A stretch of DNA of 64,000 bases from positions 23,436,001 to 23,500,000 of the forward strand of contig OZ024759.1 of assembly GCA_964016885.1 (NCBI GenBank), written 5' to 3'. Position numbers and translations under genes: made by a program. The notes beneath the pieces are model-generated. The model had not been told where the DNA came from. It saw only the letters and a program-made list of their open reading frames with translations, and did not search any database. The stretch is from Eledone cirrhosa. Taxonomy: Eukaryota. Below are positions 1-64,000 of this stretch, in pieces (position 1 is the first letter of the stretch; the number at the start of each line of letters is the position of its first letter).

Positions 1-97
1 ATATAATATATATAATATATATTATATATATATATAATATATATTATATATATATAAAATATATATTATATATAAATATAATATATATTATATATAT

Positions 98-130
<33 letters not shown>

Positions 131-1129
131 ATATATATTATATATATATATAATATATATTAAATATATATATAATATATATCCCGCCGAGGTTAACTTT
201 GCCTTATTCTCAGACCGAGTGATGTGTTGTTTCCTTGAGCAAGACATTTTATTTCACACTGCTCCAGTTTACTCAACTGTAGAAATGAGATGATAGGAAC
301 TGTGGTCGTGGAGGTGCCACGGCAAAAAAGCACCCAGCCCACACCTTAAAGTGGATGTGTAGGCGCCACGGAAAAAAAGCACACACCACTCACTGTAAAT
401 GAGGTTGGTGTTAGGAAGGGCATCTATCTGTAGAAATAAAGCCAGAATCAGTTTCCGTCCCACCTTCGCAAGCAGGGAAAAGTGGACGTAAAATGATGAT
501 TATGAAAATGATGATATATATATATATATACATACACACTCAGTGCTTATTTATACCATAATACATATATATATAAATATATATCATCACCGTTTAATGT
601 CCATTTTCAATGCTATGATGTTCATCATCAGCATTTTACGTCCGTTCTTCCACGCTTGCATGGGTTAGGCGGGTTGTCCTGTTGTGGGCAGTGTCCGGTT
701 GGCTGACCTTGTCTTGCTCATATGGGAACTGATTCTGGTTTGATTTCTACAGCTGGATGCCCTTCTTAACACCAACCTCATTTACAATGAATGCATAGAT
801 ATGATGGTATATATATATGACAGCGATTAATTTGTTTTACAAGGTTTTTGATATGAAATCGTGTATCAAAACAAATATTGTTATACTTGAGGAGGGTCAT
901 ATTGTTGTAATAATATTGCCAGAAATAATAACAGAACACACTCAATAATATATATATATATATACATATTATTGTAATTCCATGTTAATAAATCTGTTAT
1001 TAGTTTTCAGATATATATTAATAAACACTGAAACAAGTAAAAAAAGCAGTGCCCCATCATGGCCACTGTCTAATGGCTGAAACCAGTAAAATAATAAATG
1101 AATTAACTAACAACAGTATTTATCCTTAC

Positions 1130-61541
<60,412 letters not shown>

Positions 61542-62224
61542 CTGCAAAAGCAATGAAATCTTGTCAAACTGCTGCTTATTGGTGGATTGACAGTATCAGT
61601 AGAGCATCAGGCACCATGCTATGTAGCATAGAGTTACGTCCCTTTACAAACTGAGTTCAAATCCTGCCGTGGTTAACTTTGCCTTTCACCCTTATGGAAT
61701 CAATAAAATAAAGTACCAGTAATGTACTGGATAATTGCTGGCCTTGTGCCAAAAGTTGAAACAATTATTTTTAGAGCGTCAGACACCATGCTTTGTAGCA
61801 TAGAGTTATGGTCCTTTACGTTCTCAGTTTAAATCATGCCAGGGTTAATTTTGCCGTTCATCCTTACGGGGTCGATAAAATAAAGTACCAGTGATGCACT
61901 GGTTAATTGCTGGCCTTGTGCCAAAAGTAGAAACAATTATTTTTGTGTGCTTGTAATGTGCAGTTAAGGGCCGAAACACTTGCTTGGGGACGGGGAGGGG
62001 GGGGGCGTGGTTCTTCTCTGAAGATCTTCTATTGTTCAGGTCTTCTGAGAGTTTCTTAGCCACTGAAACATGAATGTTGAAGACCTCTCAAGACATTAAA
62101 AATAGTCATTGAGTAGATATAGAATTGTCTAGTTAAGAACCAAGGCAGTCAATGTTGGATTGTGTGAGAGTGGTTTAATCATGTTACCACAAAGAAGTGG
62201 ATGAATTTACTAGTAGTAGTAGTT

Positions 62225-62275
<51 letters not shown>

Positions 62276-62763
62276 AGGGTAGTGGATTGCCGATACTCTT
62301 TCATTTTGTCAACTGATTTTCGAAGTACATATTAGGCTCAGCTGAAAAGTTCATAGGCTGTGATGCTAGGGCAATGAAATCTTACATGCATAAATTTCAA
62401 CTCTCCTTATAAATAACTGCATTGATTTTTTTTCTAGGGATTATGTTGAAAAAAAGCCTCATTTGGTCATTCCATGAGAGTATCTTGTTTAGCCCATGAA
62501 CTTTTCATACTCCCTCTAGTATTCACTGAACTGTTAAATCAGTGAGAACATAGATCTATTCTTGAGGTAGCCATTTTGGTTCTTCCTCAGCTCTTTTTCA
62601 ACTTCAGAGTGTGTGTGATTAAAAAGCAATATATCACAAATCTTGGCAGCTATAACTATAAGGGTAATTTACACGGTCAATAAAATAAAGTACCAGTAAT
62701 GCGCGATTTGATTCACTTTCACCTTTCCTTCAAATTTCTGGGCCTGTGCCAAAAATTAGAAAC

Positions 62764-62813
<50 letters not shown>

Positions 62814-63740
62814 ATCATGTCCTTAGAATTATTAGATAAAATATATACCATTTCCTCTCCCAATTAGCTTAATTAACCATATAAAAGATCAATTAGACCA
62901 GGCTATAAGAATAAAGGCTCCTATGAAGAAATTTTCGACAAATAACCGAAAGCGGCCTCTTCATAGGAGCCTTTATTCTTATAGCCTGGTCTAATTGATT
63001 TTTTATATGGTTAATTATGCTAATTGGGAGAGGAAATGGCATATATTTTATCTAATAATTCTAAGGACATGATTTATGATATATTGCTCTGATTATTTAA
63101 TTTATTAATTCTTCATTGAGCCACAACGTGACCGGTTGCCACATATATATCTATGACTTTATGTATATGTAAATCTTTATATATATATATATACATATAT
63201 ATATGTATATATATATATATATCTATCATCATCACTGTTTTACGTCCATTCTTCCACGCTAGCATGGGTTAGACAGGTTGTCCTGTTGTGAGCAGTGTCC
63301 GGTCGGCTGACCTTGTCTTGCTCATACAGGAACCGAAGATCTGCTCCATAATATTATTCTATGTTACTTATATTTCTCTGCACCAAATCAATAACTTTCT
63401 TACCATCGATTGATCCAGAAACATTATATAGAGTAGTGAAACAATTGTAAAGTGACATTACTATCCCCTTTTTATATTAAACTGCAATTAATGTTGATAC
63501 TCTGTGACTAATGTCTTCTATGTGAATTTGTGGTCTTGATTTGCTTAACTACTGAATATTTCCAGTTCTGTACACCTAACCTCAGCATGAATCCAGTTTT
63601 CCAACTGCTTTCCACTGCATATTGCACATCGAGCACCCGTTTTTAACTAACACCATCACCAATCACTCCTATCCTACTTCTATCTCTCTATTTAAGATTG
63701 GTTTACTCTTGAACTGTCTATATATATAAATATATATATA

Positions 63741-64000
63741 GAGAGGGTGCGGACGATATTTGTTCACAAGATTACTGTCTAGGAAAAAATAACACAGTAG
63801 TTTTATTTTTTAAGATATATTTATGAAACTTGGGTCAGTTTGTCTTCATGACTTGTTCTTTCGTTCTCACTCGATAAACCCGCCATTGTCTTTGATGACG
63901 GCCTCAAGGCGGCCTCGGAACCGGCTACAGGCCTTCGTCACTGTCCCCCGACTTAGGCCCCTAAAGGCACTTGTGATCCTGGCCTTCAGATCGTTTTTCG
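63741..64000 (-). mobile_element. Tc1/mariner element end: transposase C-terminus (63867-63998) and terminal sequence next to TA
   Basis: Minus strand reads KNDLKARITSAFRGLSRGTVTKACSRFRGRLEAVIKDNGGFIE*, the typical Tc1/mariner C-terminal RLxAVIxxxGG motif; GC-richer than flanks; continues past the window end. Confidence 0.85.

Noticed and set aside
63341-63720. Possible upstream exon of module A
   Set aside because: No frame with similarity to exons 15/30 and no convincing splice pair; the upstream exon probably lies beyond the window

Overview
AT-rich, microsatellite-dense animal genomic DNA. The SINE/RTE-LINE repertoire suggests an octopus (cephalopod) genome; this is inferred, not searched. 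The whole window lies inside one very large minus-strand gene. I traced 39 GT-AG exons (61541->1130) with compatible phases that join into one stop-free frame of 6893 nt (about 2297 aa), open at both ends. The protein is a tandem array of about 810-aa, 15-exon VWDE-like modules (Ig-like, beta-sandwich, VWD, Cys/helical region, EGF, IPT-like, Cys-rich). The window holds the last exon of one module, two complete modules and the first half of a fourth. One junction carries an extra symmetric LamG/ConA-like exon, one module lacks an intron the others have, and one exon start is amplified as an intronic tandem array. Introns contain tRNA-derived SINEs, RTE-type LINEs (one with a long intact RT plus PHD-like finger ORF), mariner/piggyBac/hAT MITEs, a Tc1/mariner transposase end and minisatellites. 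They also contain about a dozen fold-back (palindromic) elements, most inserted in (TA)n tracts; several carry minimal type-I hammerhead ribozyme cores typical of Penelope-like elements. Most long ORFs in the supplied track are microsatellite artefacts.
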